This document shows positions 31,135 through 41,933 of a DNA stretch of 64,000 nt, in pieces. The notes under the pieces were generated by a model. It ran no database searches, had not been told where the DNA came from, and saw only the letters and a program-made list of their open reading frames with translations. Where the stretch lies: the sequence record NZ_CP013725.1; one strand, written 5' to 3'. Numbering within the stretch: the first letter of the stretch is position 1; each line of letters opens with the position of its first letter. Origin of the DNA: a plasmid. A program made the translations under genes and the position numbers.

Positions 31135-31707
31135 ATGACTGAAAATAAAGCTACTCAAGAAAGAACACCCCAAGAAAGATTGCAAGAAGAACAAGAACAC
31201 AAGGAACATGTTCATCATACGAAAATTAATGCAGCGGCCATTGCGGATCATCTTTTAGGCAACATGCATACATTACATGTGAAACTGCACCAATATCACT
31301 GGTATGTAAAAGGAGCCAATTTCTTTACGTTGCATGAAAAATTTGAAGAGTTGTATAACGAAAATGAAAAATGGTTCGACAAACTTGCGGAGCGTCTAAT
31401 TACTTCTGGGCATAAACCTGCTTCGACAACGGTTGAATTTGAAAAATATTCGATGCTTTCGGAAGATGCAGTTAATAAATACGCTAAAGCAGAAGACATG
31501 GTTGAAAATATTATCGAGGACTTCAGAAGCACTCGTGACCTAACTATTCGCGCGATTCGTTTAGCTCAAGACGAGGGTGACGATGCTTTAGAAGATACAT
31601 TGATTGCTTTTAAAAATGACTTAGACAAGAACATTTGGATGCTGCAAGCGTTCATTGGTAAAGAAGCATTAGAAGATGATGACGCTCTTGATGAGGATGA
31701 AGATTAA
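31135..31707 (+). CDS. dps: Dps family ferritin-like DNA-protection protein with an acidic C-terminal tail
   Basis: LHVKLHQYHWYVKGANFFTLHEKFEELY ferroxidase-site pattern of Dps/Dpr; RBS AGGAGG. Confidence 0.85.
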   Translation: MTENKATQERTPQERLQEEQEHKEHVHHTKINAAAIADHLLGNMHTLHVKLHQYHWYVKGANFFTLHEKFEELYNENEKWFDKLAERLITSGHKPASTTVEFEKYSMLSEDAVNKYAKAEDMVENIIEDFRSTRDLTIRAIRLAQDEGDDALEDTLIAFKNDLDKNIWMLQAFIGKEALEDDDALDEDED

Positions 31708-31851
31708 GGTAAAAGTAGAAGCTGATTTAGGGATTGGAATTCTTTCCAGTCCTTTTTCCATTTTCTTGATGTGCATCAATTTTTTTGTAGTAAGAGACTT
31801 ATATAATAAAAGCAGCGAATATAAACAAAATAAATAAAGGGGGAGAATGAA

Positions 31852-32556
31852 TTGACTAAACATACCCATCATGAAATTGGCGACCACGCAGCCTGTATCC
31901 GCTTGGTTCCAATATTCAATCACTTAGAGGATAGCGCGATGAATTACATTGCTGAAAAAGCCCACACGAAACAGTATCAAAAAGGAGAGTTTCTGTTTCG
32001 TTCACAAGAAAAAGAGGATACTTTATATATTATCAATCGTGGGAAAATCCGTATTTATCGATTGGCAGACTCTGGCAAAGAGCAGCTAGTGCGGATCTTG
32101 AACCCTGGTGATTTCACCGGAGAATGGACCTTGTTCAACCCGGATGCAGTACACGAGGAATATGCCGAAGCAACCCGAGATACCGTTGTCTGTATGATTC
32201 AGCAAAAGGATGTCCAGGATTTTCTGGAACAGTACCCCGCTATTTCTCTAAAACTGCTGGCTGAAATGTCCAAGCGGTTAGAAAATTCCGAACGCCAAAC
32301 CACACAAGTGGCGGTAGAGCATGTAACTACCCGTTTAATTTTATTTTTGGCAGAAAATGTGGAACCTGAAATGGGCAACTCTCCCACCATCACCCTGCCG
32401 ATGGCAAAAAAGGACATTGCTTCCTATTTAGGAACGACACCTGAGACCATCAGTCGCAAATTTGGAGAATTGGAGGACGAGGGATTGATTCAACAGCTGT
32501 CTGGGAAAAGGATCAAGATTCAGGATTTAGATGATTTATTGCTTTACAGCGAATAA
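31852..32556 (+). CDS. Crp/Fnr family transcriptional regulator (TTG start)
   Basis: cNMP-binding-like beta-roll followed by C-terminal HTH ...DIASYLGTTPETISRKFGELE; N-terminal His/Cys cluster HHEIGDHAAC. Confidence 0.75.
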   Translation: MTKHTHHEIGDHAACIRLVPIFNHLEDSAMNYIAEKAHTKQYQKGEFLFRSQEKEDTLYIINRGKIRIYRLADSGKEQLVRILNPGDFTGEWTLFNPDAVHEEYAEATRDTVVCMIQQKDVQDFLEQYPAISLKLLAEMSKRLENSERQTTQVAVEHVTTRLILFLAENVEPEMGNSPTITLPMAKKDIASYLGTTPETISRKFGELEDEGLIQQLSGKRIKIQDLDDLLLYSE

Positions 32557-32579
32557 TCGGACACACTTTTTTCTACACG

Positions 32580-32873
32580 TTGGTGTTCTGTCGCTCTTTA
32601 TTAACAACGGGACAGAACTCAGTGCTTTTGCGTCAAGGAGAAGTCGCTTTGAGTTACGTTTTGTGGTACTCAGTGGGTCGGTTCTTCATTGAAGGTATGC
32701 GAACGGACAGTTTATGGATTGGCGAGTGGATCCGCGTTTCGCAAGCCTTGTCTCTGGCCCTGTTTATTGGCGCGATTGTAGTATGGTTTATACGCAAACA
32801 AGATTATCCACCAATTTCTTATTATTCTGATGGCAATAAGGGGCAGAAAAAGACTATTAAGATGGTGAATTGA
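32580..32873 (+). pseudogene. lgt: 3' fragment of prolipoprotein diacylglyceryl transferase
   Basis: YSVGRFFIEGMRTDSLWI matches the Lgt signature; only about 80 C-terminal residues. Confidence 0.55.
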
Positions 32874-32941
32874 GCAAAAAGATAAAAAGAAGTACAAAAC
32901 TTGATATGCGTCAATTTTCGTTTGCTAAAAGGGAGCTATAC

Positions 32942-32951
32942 TACAGTTGTA
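32942..32951 (+). promoter_or_regulatory. cop box (TACAnnTGTA) CopY-type operator
   Basis: TACAGTTGTA is an exact match to the consensus, about 70 bp upstream of the metallochaperone gene. Confidence 0.5.
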
Positions 32952-33019
32952 AAGAGGAAAAGGCAGTGTTCATTAATCTGCTGCCGATAAAATAAAAACA
33001 CATAAAGGAGATAGGAATT

Positions 33020-33253
33020 ATGGAAAAAGCTATATTGCAATTAGAAACGTTGTCTTGTCCAAGTTGTATGCAAAAAATTGAAGGTGCCGTAAAATCAGTT
33101 AACGGTGTTGATAAAGACAGCATTAAAGTATTATTCAACTCCAGCAAAGTCAAAACCAATTTTGATTCAGCTGTCACTTCGATTGAAGAGATTCAAAAAG
33201 CTATCGAAAACGTAGGCTATCCGGTCCTTAAAGCAAAAGTCAAGGCCGCTTAA
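33020..33253 (+). CDS. heavy-metal-associated (HMA) domain metallochaperone with an atypical CPSC metal site
   Basis: ferredoxin-like HMA layout; LSCPSCMQKIEGAV instead of GMTCxxC. Confidence 0.6.
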   Translation: MEKAILQLETLSCPSCMQKIEGAVKSVNGVDKDSIKVLFNSSKVKTNFDSAVTSIEEIQKAIENVGYPVLKAKVKAA

Positions 33254-33450
33254 CAGATTAAATGAACTAGGCAATTCTGGAAGAAAAGCTATTTTTCCAG
33301 GATTGCTTTTTTTGTTGCAATCCGATTCGAGGTGCTTAGAAACGATAAAAGAGAACTTTCTAAACTTGATGTCAGTCAATTAATTACTTAGGCAATTATC
33401 TTATACTGTGTTTATCAATAAAAGAGAAATTAAATTTGGAGGGAAAAAGC

Positions 33451-35355
33451 ATGCAACAATATATATTAAGCAAGAAAAATGTTATCACCGTCATCAGTGG
33501 ATTGTTAATCGTACTCGGTTTCTTCAGTCACTTTGTTTTAGAAAACGTAGGACTTTCAGAGTGGTCTTTGATCATCGCCTCTGTCTTTGGGATTACGCCA
33601 ATTGCCATTCAAGCGTTTCAAGCAATGAAAGTCAAAGTCATTAGTATTGATGTCTTAGTCAGTATTGCAGCGATTGGTGCGCTTTTTATTCAAAATTATG
33701 AAGAATCGGCTATTGTCACGTTCTTATTCTTATTCGGACACTACTTGGAACAACGAACATTGAACCAAACGCGATCTGCTATCAAAGAATTGACTGAAAT
33801 GGCACCCGAAAGCGCCTTGAAACAAATGGATAATGGCGAATTTGAAGAAGTAGAAGTGGATGATATAGATGAAGGGGATATCTTGCTCGTTAAAACGGGT
33901 GCGAAAGTTCCAGTAGATGGCATAGTCCTTACGGGTGAAGGGCATATCAATGAAGCTAGCATTACAGGTGAAGCTGTTCCAGTCAACAAGCTAGCTGATG
34001 CAGAAGTTTTTGCAGGAACCATTTTAGAAAACGGAACGATTCAAATCAGAGCTGACCGAGTTGGTGAGGACACCACATTTGGAAAAATTATTGAACTCGT
34101 GGAAGAAGCACAAGATTCTAAATCCGAAGCGGAACGGTTCATTGATCGCTTTTCTAAATACTACACACCAGCTGTCTTGGTTCTGGCAATTGTTGTATGG
34201 GCGTTCAGTCAAAATATTGAGTTAGCAATCACCATCTTGGTTCTAGGTTGCCCAGGCGCATTAGTTATCGGAGTGCCTGTCTCAAACGTTGCCGGTATTG
34301 GGAATGGTGCTCGTAACGGTGTTCTTTTAAAAGGGAGTGAAGTCATTCAAGACTTCAGCAATGTGGATACAATTGTATTTGATAAGACAGGTACTTTAAC
34401 TGTCGGAAACCCAACCGTTGCAGCGACTGAACTGTATGAAAAAGATCCTGCTGAAACGCTTGGCTATCTGGCCAGTGTGGAACGGGAATCAGATCATCCA
34501 TTAGCAAAAGCGGTCTTAAATCAAATTGGAGAAACAAACTTTTATCCTGTTGAAGGAACTGAAGTCGTGAAAGGCGGCGGAATCGTTTCAAGTGTAGCTG
34601 GACATAGAGTGGCTGTTGGGAATGTGGCCTTGATGGAAAAAGAAAATGTCACTCTCAGCAAAAAAGTGCAAAAAGATGTCAAACGGTTTGAACAACAAGG
34701 GAACTCTCTCGTTTTGACAGCGGTCGACGGTGAATTAAAAGTACTGATGGGCATTCGCGATCAAGTCCGTCCGGGTGTGAAAGCTAATTTGCAGGAATTA
34801 AAAGACTTGGGCGTGAAAAATCTAGTCGTTCTTTCAGGAGATAACCAAGGAACCGTTGATGTGGTCGCCGGCGAACTTGGTTTGACCGAAGCTCACGGCC
34901 ACATGTTGCCGGAAGACAAATCGGCTTATATCGGAAAACTTCAACAACGTGGTCAAATTGTAGCCTTTGTTGGAGATGGCGTTAACGACAGTCCGTCCTT
35001 AGCTTTAGCAGACATTGGCATCGCAATGGGAAGCGGAACGGACGTAGCGATTGAAACATCCGATGTCGTTTTAATGAACTCGAACTTCAGCAACTTGCCT
35101 CACGCATTAGGATTAGTAAAAGCCACCGCAAATAATATGAAACAAAATATCGTGATTTCAATTGGAGTAGTGTTGGTCTTGTTGACCAGCGTCTTCTTCA
35201 GCGAATGGATGAATATGTCTATCGGAATGTTGGTTCATGAAGGTAGTATCTTGGTGGTAATTTTCAATGGCATGAGATTAATGAAGTATAAGTTGAAAGG
35301 TCGAAAAGAACAAAAAGAAATATCAGCACCTGCAGAGAAAGTAAAAATATCTTAA
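33451..35355 (+). CDS. P1B-type heavy-metal ATPase with a non-canonical CPG TM6 motif and no fused metal-binding domain
   Basis: DKTGTLT, GDGVNDSPSL, TM6 LGCPGALVIG; RBS GGAGGG. Confidence 0.75.
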   Translation: MQQYILSKKNVITVISGLLIVLGFFSHFVLENVGLSEWSLIIASVFGITPIAIQAFQAMKVKVISIDVLVSIAAIGALFIQNYEESAIVTFLFLFGHYLEQRTLNQTRSAIKELTEMAPESALKQMDNGEFEEVEVDDIDEGDILLVKTGAKVPVDGIVLTGEGHINEASITGEAVPVNKLADAEVFAGTILENGTIQIRADRVGEDTTFGKIIELVEEAQDSKSEAERFIDRFSKYYTPAVLVLAIVVWAFSQNIELAITILVLGCPGALVIGVPVSNVAGIGNGARNGVLLKGSEVIQDFSNVDTIVFDKTGTLTVGNPTVAATELYEKDPAETLGYLASVERESDHPLAKAVLNQIGETNFYPVEGTEVVKGGGIVSSVAGHRVAVGNVALMEKENVTLSKKVQKDVKRFEQQGNSLVLTAVDGELKVLMGIRDQVRPGVKANLQELKDLGVKNLVVLSGDNQGTVDVVAGELGLTEAHGHMLPEDKSAYIGKLQQRGQIVAFVGDGVNDSPSLALADIGIAMGSGTDVAIETSDVVLMNSNFSNLPHALGLVKATANNMKQNIVISIGVVLVLLTSVFFSEWMNMSIGMLVHEGSILVVIFNGMRLMKYKLKGRKEQKEISAPAEKVKIS

Positions 35356-35737
35356 GAATAAATTAGAGGATGAACATAGGCACTGATTGTCCCTTATTCA
35401 AAAAATAGTTTTTTGCGTATTGGGAAAAGTCTTTAATGGGTCAGAAACTTAAAAAGTTTTTGATCCTTTTTTAATTTCTCATTTAATAGCTCTTTCAGCA
35501 ACTCAATTAATTAGGTCAGAAAGTATTTCATATAGCGGTCAGCAGAGTATGCCTTAACGCCCAATTGTCTAATAAAAGTTTCAGCCAAATAGAAAATGGA
35601 CGAATAAGTTGCGCATATAATAATTGTTTTATAGTGGGCAAAAAATACGGGTTGTATGATGCTACCAATAAGATACTTATTCTCATTTTTGTTGAGATAC
35701 CGATAAATATCTGTTCCCTGTTTTGTAATAAGATTAT

Positions 35738-37594
35738 TTAATTATTTTTTTCTATATACCATTTTTTTGATATCTTAGCACTATTACCATCTGTATTAGG
35801 TATTGCCTCACCAAATGAAGTTAACATGGGAATTCGTATTGCTGAGCCGAAAACGAGAGCATGCCCTGTTTGTAAATAAGTCAAACGATCAATTGTGTCT
35901 CTATCAATATATGGAACCATTCGAGATATATAATTTAAATCATCAGGATTTTGAATTCTATGAACGATAAAATTACTACATTGAGAAACTACCGTTTTTG
36001 ATAAATCACTAGGTCTTTGTGTAGAAACACACATCAAAAATCCATATTTTCTACCTTCTTTTGAAATTCTTTGAAATATATCAAAATCATATGTCCCATG
36101 TGAAAGAGTATTATCTTTTATATACCTATGTGCTTCTTCAATAAATAAGTTTATAGGTTTATCTGCTTTTTTTTGATGCCCTTTTTGATAATCTAAAATT
36201 ATTTTAGCTAGCACTCTTATAAGAACCTCCGCCATTGAATCATTCATAGCACTTATATCTATGTTTACAATATTACTATTGTCCAAAAACTTCTCAAAAA
36301 AAGATTCTTTATTTTTAAATTGAGTTACATTGAAAATCCTACTAAAAGATGACTCTACTAAACTTTGCATTCTAGAAACTAATGGCGCGGTGTATTCTTG
36401 TACTCTTTGACTATTCAAGCTTCCTTCATATAAAATGGCAAATTTCATAGCAGTTAAAAAATTATTAGGTGAAAAACGTACTAATTGGTCAAATTTAAAT
36501 TCTTCCATTTGAGTAAAATTTACATATGATTGTAAAAAAGAGATGATTTTTTCAATATCGTCCATTTTTCCATAGGCCACATTTATACTATTTCTTAAAG
36601 TTTTTTCATCATTGATTTTTGTGTCTAGATTAATGCTCTGAGTTTGGAAGTTTGATAATAATGAACTTACTTTATCTGCTTTAGATGGGGATGATTCAGA
36701 GCTATTTAACATAGCTATGATAGTAGAAGCTAGTATATGGTTCTTAGCATCTTCAGAATTACTATTATCCGAAAAGAAAATTTGAACTACTTCCATTGTT
36801 TTCCTTAAAACTGGAATTTGGGTTTTTTCTGATGCATTTAGCAAAATAGCCCAATCATCTACTGATAACAGCCAAATTGGAACTTCAAAATTATCCTCGT
36901 CTGAAAGTGGTTTAATGAATTGGCACTTAATATCATTATTATTTTCTTCTATTATTTTAGAAAAAGATTTTTGATATTCACCATTGGAATCAATCAGGAT
37001 TAATCTAGATCCAAGTGCTGAATAATTTGACTTTAAATATATATTTTGAATTATTCTTGCAATGGAGTTAGACTTACCTGCTCCAGTATTTCCAAATATA
37101 GCCGAATGGTAGCCAAAAAACTTATCTAAATCTACTTTCACATCGTATTCTGAGAATAAAACTGATTTTCCTAATGAAAATGTTGCAACTCTAGTATTAC
37201 CATCAGAAACGTTAATTTCAGAATTCTTTACATCTAACATGATATCTAATTCTTCGTTTGTAACAATGTGAACTTCAGAATAAAGTAGAGGCATTTTAGA
37301 TACCCCAAAAAAGAACTCATTATTAGTAATCTCACCTATCAATCTTAAAGAAATAACTCTACTAGCATTAGGTTTAGCTAACGGAGCACTGGAAATATGT
37401 CGAGAACTTTCGGCAGATAATACTTCGGCTATCAGAGTTCGACCTAATTCGTAAATTGATACATATGTTCCAATCTCTCCAACAAACCTAGTTTCATCCA
37501 ATGTATTTATATAATTATCTATATTATTAAATACTTCTGCTAATACTATGGAATTTTTAATAAGGATTAGCCTTCCAATAGAACGATTATTCAT
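35738..37594 (-). CDS. HerA-like (FtsK/HerA superfamily) ATPase, second gene of a SIR2-HerA type anti-phage defense operon
   Basis: Walker A GNTGAGKSNS, Walker B LFIEEAHRY, VSTQRPSDL sensor; N-terminal barrel-like region; 8-nt overlap with the upstream SIR2 gene. Confidence 0.7.
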   Translation of the reverse strand: MNNRSIGRLILIKNSIVLAEVFNNIDNYINTLDETRFVGEIGTYVSIYELGRTLIAEVLSAESSRHISSAPLAKPNASRVISLRLIGEITNNEFFFGVSKMPLLYSEVHIVTNEELDIMLDVKNSEINVSDGNTRVATFSLGKSVLFSEYDVKVDLDKFFGYHSAIFGNTGAGKSNSIARIIQNIYLKSNYSALGSRLILIDSNGEYQKSFSKIIEENNNDIKCQFIKPLSDEDNFEVPIWLLSVDDWAILLNASEKTQIPVLRKTMEVVQIFFSDNSNSEDAKNHILASTIIAMLNSSESSPSKADKVSSLLSNFQTQSINLDTKINDEKTLRNSINVAYGKMDDIEKIISFLQSYVNFTQMEEFKFDQLVRFSPNNFLTAMKFAILYEGSLNSQRVQEYTAPLVSRMQSLVESSFSRIFNVTQFKNKESFFEKFLDNSNIVNIDISAMNDSMAEVLIRVLAKIILDYQKGHQKKADKPINLFIEEAHRYIKDNTLSHGTYDFDIFQRISKEGRKYGFLMCVSTQRPSDLSKTVVSQCSNFIVHRIQNPDDLNYISRMVPYIDRDTIDRLTYLQTGHALVFGSAIRIPMLTSFGEAIPNTDGNSAKISKKWYIEKNN

Positions 37595-38798
37595 TTATAT
37601 TTCCTCCGTTTTCCCTTATTTCTGAGAAAACTTTGTTTATTTGTTCAGAAATTTTTTGTTTTTCCTGTTCTTCGCTTGGGATAGCCGGCATTAACTTCTC
37701 AACAAAATTATTAAAATAATGAATTTTATTTTTTGAATTAATGATAGTAATTCTACTATCATCCATATTTTTAATTTTCCCTATATTGGTCTCTATTTTC
37801 TCATCAGCATTATTTTCGTATTCAGTATCGCCTAAGATGATTAGCCTAAAAGAAGGAATTGATAAATTATTTAGTATTATTCGATTGATGTGATCGTCGC
37901 CAAAGCTGTAACCTAGTGTAATTAATACACTATTCTTTTGGGTTAAATTATCTTGAAACGATCGCATTAAATCTGTATAGGGTACCATTAAGGTACTTCT
38001 ATCTTTTAAAGGTGTTGGATATATCATCACATTCTCAAGAGAACTTTTATCTATTTCTTTCATGGATATTTCATATATCTTATCTTCGCTTTTTTTCCAT
38101 GAAATAGATCCGTGAATTTTATACAAATTATAAAAATGATCAACTCTGTTCCATACATCCTTATTTAAATTCATATTGTCCACATACATATATCTATACA
38201 TATTTGGGTTGAATGTTCTCATATATGAACCAGTAAATCCGCTATTATAAATAAAATTCAATTCATCCAATGCACGCTCATTATACATATCATAATTTGT
38301 AGTTACTATATTAATTGGACTTTTTCTACTTGAAGAAATTGTTTTTAAATAAAGCTTTTTGTATATTTCAGATAGCTCCTTGCAATCCATGCCTTGAGTA
38401 ATTTTATCTGTAATGAATTTTTTAACAATATTAATCTTTTTATCAATTTCTTTATCAATTTCCTTAATATGATTTACTTGTCTGAGCGCATTCATGAAAT
38501 CCATCAGTTCTTCAAGATTTCGGTTAACTTTATCTTCTATACCAACACCCAATATTTCGAAATCTGGGTTTGATTTTATGAAGTCTTTAAAAAGACCAGC
38601 CATTGTAGATATAGCTGCTTCTTCATTATCGATATAAAAGCTAGAGCAACCTGCACCCATTAATATAGAAAGATTTTCCATTTGTAATGCTTGAGCAATG
38701 GTTTTTTGTACATCACTTAGAGATTTTTTTACTTTATTAGCTCCTTGGTAGTAATTAATTTCTTCATCAATTTGATTCAAACCTAATCCCTCCAACAA
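37587..38798 (-). CDS. SIR2-like NADase domain protein, first gene of a SIR2-HerA type defense operon
   Basis: LSILMGAGCS (GAGxS NAD-binding), VTTNYD (catalytic Asn, sirtuin TQNID equivalent), YKIHGSISW (catalytic His); 403 aa. Confidence 0.7.
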   Translation of the reverse strand: MLEGLGLNQIDEEINYYQGANKVKKSLSDVQKTIAQALQMENLSILMGAGCSSFYIDNEEAAISTMAGLFKDFIKSNPDFEILGVGIEDKVNRNLEELMDFMNALRQVNHIKEIDKEIDKKINIVKKFITDKITQGMDCKELSEIYKKLYLKTISSSRKSPINIVTTNYDMYNERALDELNFIYNSGFTGSYMRTFNPNMYRYMYVDNMNLNKDVWNRVDHFYNLYKIHGSISWKKSEDKIYEISMKEIDKSSLENVMIYPTPLKDRSTLMVPYTDLMRSFQDNLTQKNSVLITLGYSFGDDHINRIILNNLSIPSFRLIILGDTEYENNADEKIETNIGKIKNMDDSRITIINSKNKIHYFNNFVEKLMPAIPSEEQEKQKISEQINKVFSEIRENGGNINE

Positions 38799-39048
38799 CT
38801 ATAAATACTTTATAACAATTATATCATTATTAAATACATTTTTTCCTATAGTTCTTTTTTTAGTCAGGCGAATAAGTTATGTATTAGAATAGAAGGAAGT
38901 AGAAATCTATGCTCTAATTTAGTGAAAAATTTGTGGACCCTGCTATAATGATACTCGATTAACATAGGTAGATAAACGTGAATCGAGTATTTTTTACTTG
39001 AAACGGCAAGACAAATTTGGCTTAAGCACAACGCGGCTAATAAGATAT

Positions 39049-39627
39049 TTATTCGCTCTGATTTTTGTTGAGATATCGATAAATCGTTGTTCGCGAAACA
39101 TTCCAGCGTGCAGCAATTGTTTTAATGGGAGTTCCATTATCAATGAGGGTTCGCATTAAAGCCAGATCTTCTGCTGTTAGTTTTTCCGGCCGGCCACCAA
39201 AACGACCTCTTGCCCGAGCAGCTTCTCTTCCTGCTGCAGAACGTTCTAAAATCAAATTCCGTTCAAATTCTGCGAAAGCAGCGAACAAATGAAAGATAAG
39301 CTGGCCGGTGGAACTGGATTTATTCATCGTAATATTTTCTTGGAGACTATGAAAACTGATCCCATTATCATTTAGTTGATTGACAACACGAATAAGATCT
39401 TCCATATTCCTACCTAATCGATCTAAACGCCAAACCACAATCGTATCTCCAGAACGACAAAAATCAATCGCAGCGTCCAATCCAGGGCGTTTACTTTTTG
39501 CGCCACTGATATGATCCTGGAAAATTTTCTCACAACCATCTTTTTCTAAACTATCGATTTGTAAATCTAAATTTTGTAAGCCAGTTGAAACTCGTGCATA
39601 CCCAATTTTCAATTTCGTCACATCCAT
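39049..39627 (-). CDS. serine recombinase (resolvase/invertase family)
   Basis: IGYARVSTGLQNLDLQ catalytic Ser region, C-terminal HTH. Confidence 0.85.
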   Translation of the reverse strand: MDVTKLKIGYARVSTGLQNLDLQIDSLEKDGCEKIFQDHISGAKSKRPGLDAAIDFCRSGDTIVVWRLDRLGRNMEDLIRVVNQLNDNGISFHSLQENITMNKSSSTGQLIFHLFAAFAEFERNLILERSAAGREAARARGRFGGRPEKLTAEDLALMRTLIDNGTPIKTIAARWNVSRTTIYRYLNKNQSE

Positions 39628-39764
39628 AAATTTATTTTTCTGTTCTTAGTGTAACATATCTTTATTTCGATAGATATAATGGACATAGATTTATTGATGG
39701 CTTATTGAACATACAAATGGATCAAAATGAGTGTAAAAAAGATATATTAACTAGGTGTACAGAA

Positions 39765-39794
39765 AATGGTTATTTTCTGTACACTACAAAATAA
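39765..39794 (+). promoter_or_regulatory. perfect 12-bp inverted repeat GTGTACAGAAAA-N6-TTTTCTGTACAC, candidate metalloregulator operator upstream of copB
   Basis: located about 95 bp upstream of the copB start; contains TACA/TGTA half-sites. Confidence 0.4.
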
Positions 39795-39887
39795 AAAAGT
39801 CAAATGGTATATACCCCTATACTGTATATGTTATACTCAAATTGTCTTATTACTATCTTTAAAAATATAAAATTAGGAGGTTTAATT

Positions 39888-41933
39888 TTGTCGAATAACA
39901 AAAAACACCAAAATCATGAGCATCATAGTCATCAAGAACATGAAAATCACACTAGTCATGGTAATCATGAACATCACCATCATGGAAATTTTAAAAGTAA
40001 ATTCTTTATTTCTTTGATTTTTGCGATACCGATTATTATTTTATCGCCCATGATGGGAGTTAAATTACCGTTTCAAATTTCATTTACAGGGTCAGATTGG
40101 ATTGTATTAATTCTTGCTACAATTTTATTCTTTTACGGAGGAAAGCCATTTTTATCAGGGGCTAAAGATGAAATTTCAACTAAAAAACCTGGAATGATGA
40201 CGCTTGTTGCTCTAGGTATTTCAGTAGCTTATATTTATAGTTTATACGCCTTTTATATGAATAACTTCAGTGGTTCATCCACACATACAATGGACTTTTT
40301 CTGGGAATTAGCGACTTTAATTTTAATCATGTTATTAGGTCATTGGATTGAAATGAACGCAGTAGGTAATGCAGGCAATGCACTGAAGAAAATGGCAGAA
40401 CTTTTACCTAATACTGCAGTGAAGCTGATTGATAACAATCAACGAGAAGAAGTTAAAATATCAGATATTCATATTGACGATATTGTGGAAGTCAGAGCAG
40501 GCGAAAGTATACCCACAGACGGAATCATTGTTCAAGGAGAAACATCAATTGACGAATCATTAGTTACTGGCGAATCAAAAAAAGTTCATAAAACTCATAA
40601 TGATGATGTTATTGGAGGTTCAATTAATGGTTCAGGTACAGTACAAGTTAAAGTGACTGCTACGGGTGAAAATGGCTACCTATCTCAAGTTATGGGTCTT
40701 GTTAACCAAGCTCAAAACGATAAGTCAAAAGCTGAACTCCTCTCTGATAAAGTCGCAGGTTATTTGTTTTACTTTGCAGTAAGTATTGGCCTGATTTCAT
40801 TTATTGTATGGATGCTTATTCAAAACAACGTCGATTTCGCACTTGAACGGCTAGTAACCGTATTAGTCATTGCTTGTCCACATGCATTAGGCTTGGCAAT
40901 ACCTTTAGTTACAGCACGTTCTACCTCTATAGGCGCACATAATGGTTTAATCATTAAAAACAGAGAATCTGTAGAAATCGCACAACACATTGATTACATC
41001 ATGATGGATAAAACTGGGACACTAACTGAAGGTAACTTTTCAGTGAATCACTATGAAAGTTTTACAGACGAGTTAAATAATGAAGAAATATTGAGTCTAT
41101 TTGCTTCATTAGAAAGTAATTCTAATCATCCACTTGCCACTGGTATTGTTGATTTTGCTAAAGGCAAAAATATTTCATATGCTACTCCTCAAGAAGTTAA
41201 TAATATTCCAGGTGTAGGCTTAGAAGGCACAGTTGATAATAAAAAACTCAAAATAGTGAATGTTTCTTATCTCGATAAAAGCAATTTTGATTATAATAAA
41301 GAACAATTTACGAATCTCGCTCAACAAGGGAATTCTATTAGTTATCTAATTCATGACCGACAAGTTATTGGTATTATCGCACAAGGCGATAAAATTAAAG
41401 AAAGTTCAAAACAAATGGTTTCGGATTTATTATCGAGAAACATTACGCCAGTCATGCTTACAGGCGATAATAAAGAAGTGGCACAAACAGTGGCTGAAGA
41501 ATTAGGTATTAGTGATGTCCACGCGCAATTGATGCCCGAAGATAAAGAAAGTATTATCCAAGATTATCAAAGCAATGGTAGCAAAATCATGATGGTTGGT
41601 GATGGTATCAATGATGCGCCAAGCCTTATTAGAGCAGATATTGGTATGGCAATTGGCGCAGGGACAGATGTAGCTATTGAATCGGGGGATGTCATACTCG
41701 TTAAAAGTAATCCTTCTGATATTATCAATTTTTTGTCCCTTTCAAAAAATACGATGAAAAAAATGGTTCAAAATTTATGGTGGGGCGCAGGATATAACGT
41801 GATTGCAGTTCCTCTTGCAGCTGGTATATTAGCTTCTATTGGTTTAATATTATCACCTGCTGTGGGTGCAATACTTATGTCTTTAAGTACGATCATCGTA
41901 GCAATTAATGCATTTACATTAAAATTAAAATAA
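39888..41933 (+). CDS. copB: CopB-type copper P1B-3 ATPase with a His-rich N-terminus (TTG start)
   Basis: [27 protein letters not shown] tail, TM6 CPH motif ([12 protein letters not shown]), [26 protein letters not shown]. Confidence 0.85.
   Translation: MSNNKKHQNHEHHSHQEHENHTSHGNHEHHHHGNFKSKFFISLIFAIPIIILSPMMGVKLPFQISFTGSDWIVLILATILFFYGGKPFLSGAKDEISTKKPGMMTLVALGISVAYIYSLYAFYMNNFSGSSTHTMDFFWELATLILIMLLGHWIEMNAVGNAGNALKKMAELLPNTAVKLIDNNQREEVKISDIHIDDIVEVRAGESIPTDGIIVQGETSIDESLVTGESKKVHKTHNDDVIGGSINGSGTVQVKVTATGENGYLSQVMGLVNQAQNDKSKAELLSDKVAGYLFYFAVSIGLISFIVWMLIQNNVDFALERLVTVLVIACPHALGLAIPLVTARSTSIGAHNGLIIKNRESVEIAQHIDYIMMDKTGTLTEGNFSVNHYESFTDELNNEEILSLFASLESNSNHPLATGIVDFAKGKNISYATPQEVNNIPGVGLEGTVDNKKLKIVNVSYLDKSNFDYNKEQFTNLAQQGNSISYLIHDRQVIGIIAQGDKIKESSKQMVSDLLSRNITPVMLTGDNKEVAQTVAEELGISDVHAQLMPEDKESIIQDYQSNGSKIMMVGDGINDAPSLIRADIGMAIGAGTDVAIESGDVILVKSNPSDIINFLSLSKNTMKKMVQNLWWGAGYNVIAVPLAAGILASIGLILSPAVGAILMSLSTIIVAINAFTLKLK

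Noticed and set aside
33741-34022. Minus-strand ORFs overlapping the P-type ATPase genes (also 23218-23424, 48259-48459, 48991-49326)
   Set aside because: All are antisense to ATPase genes with strong motif support, so they are taken as shadow ORFs.
38800-39048. Hairpin ACTCGATT...AATCGAGT+T6 at about 38952-38997 as the terminator of the resolvase gene
   Set aside because: The T-run is on the plus strand whereas the adjacent genes are on the minus strand. It may instead belong to the promoter/UTR region of the SIR2-HerA operon, so it is left unassigned.
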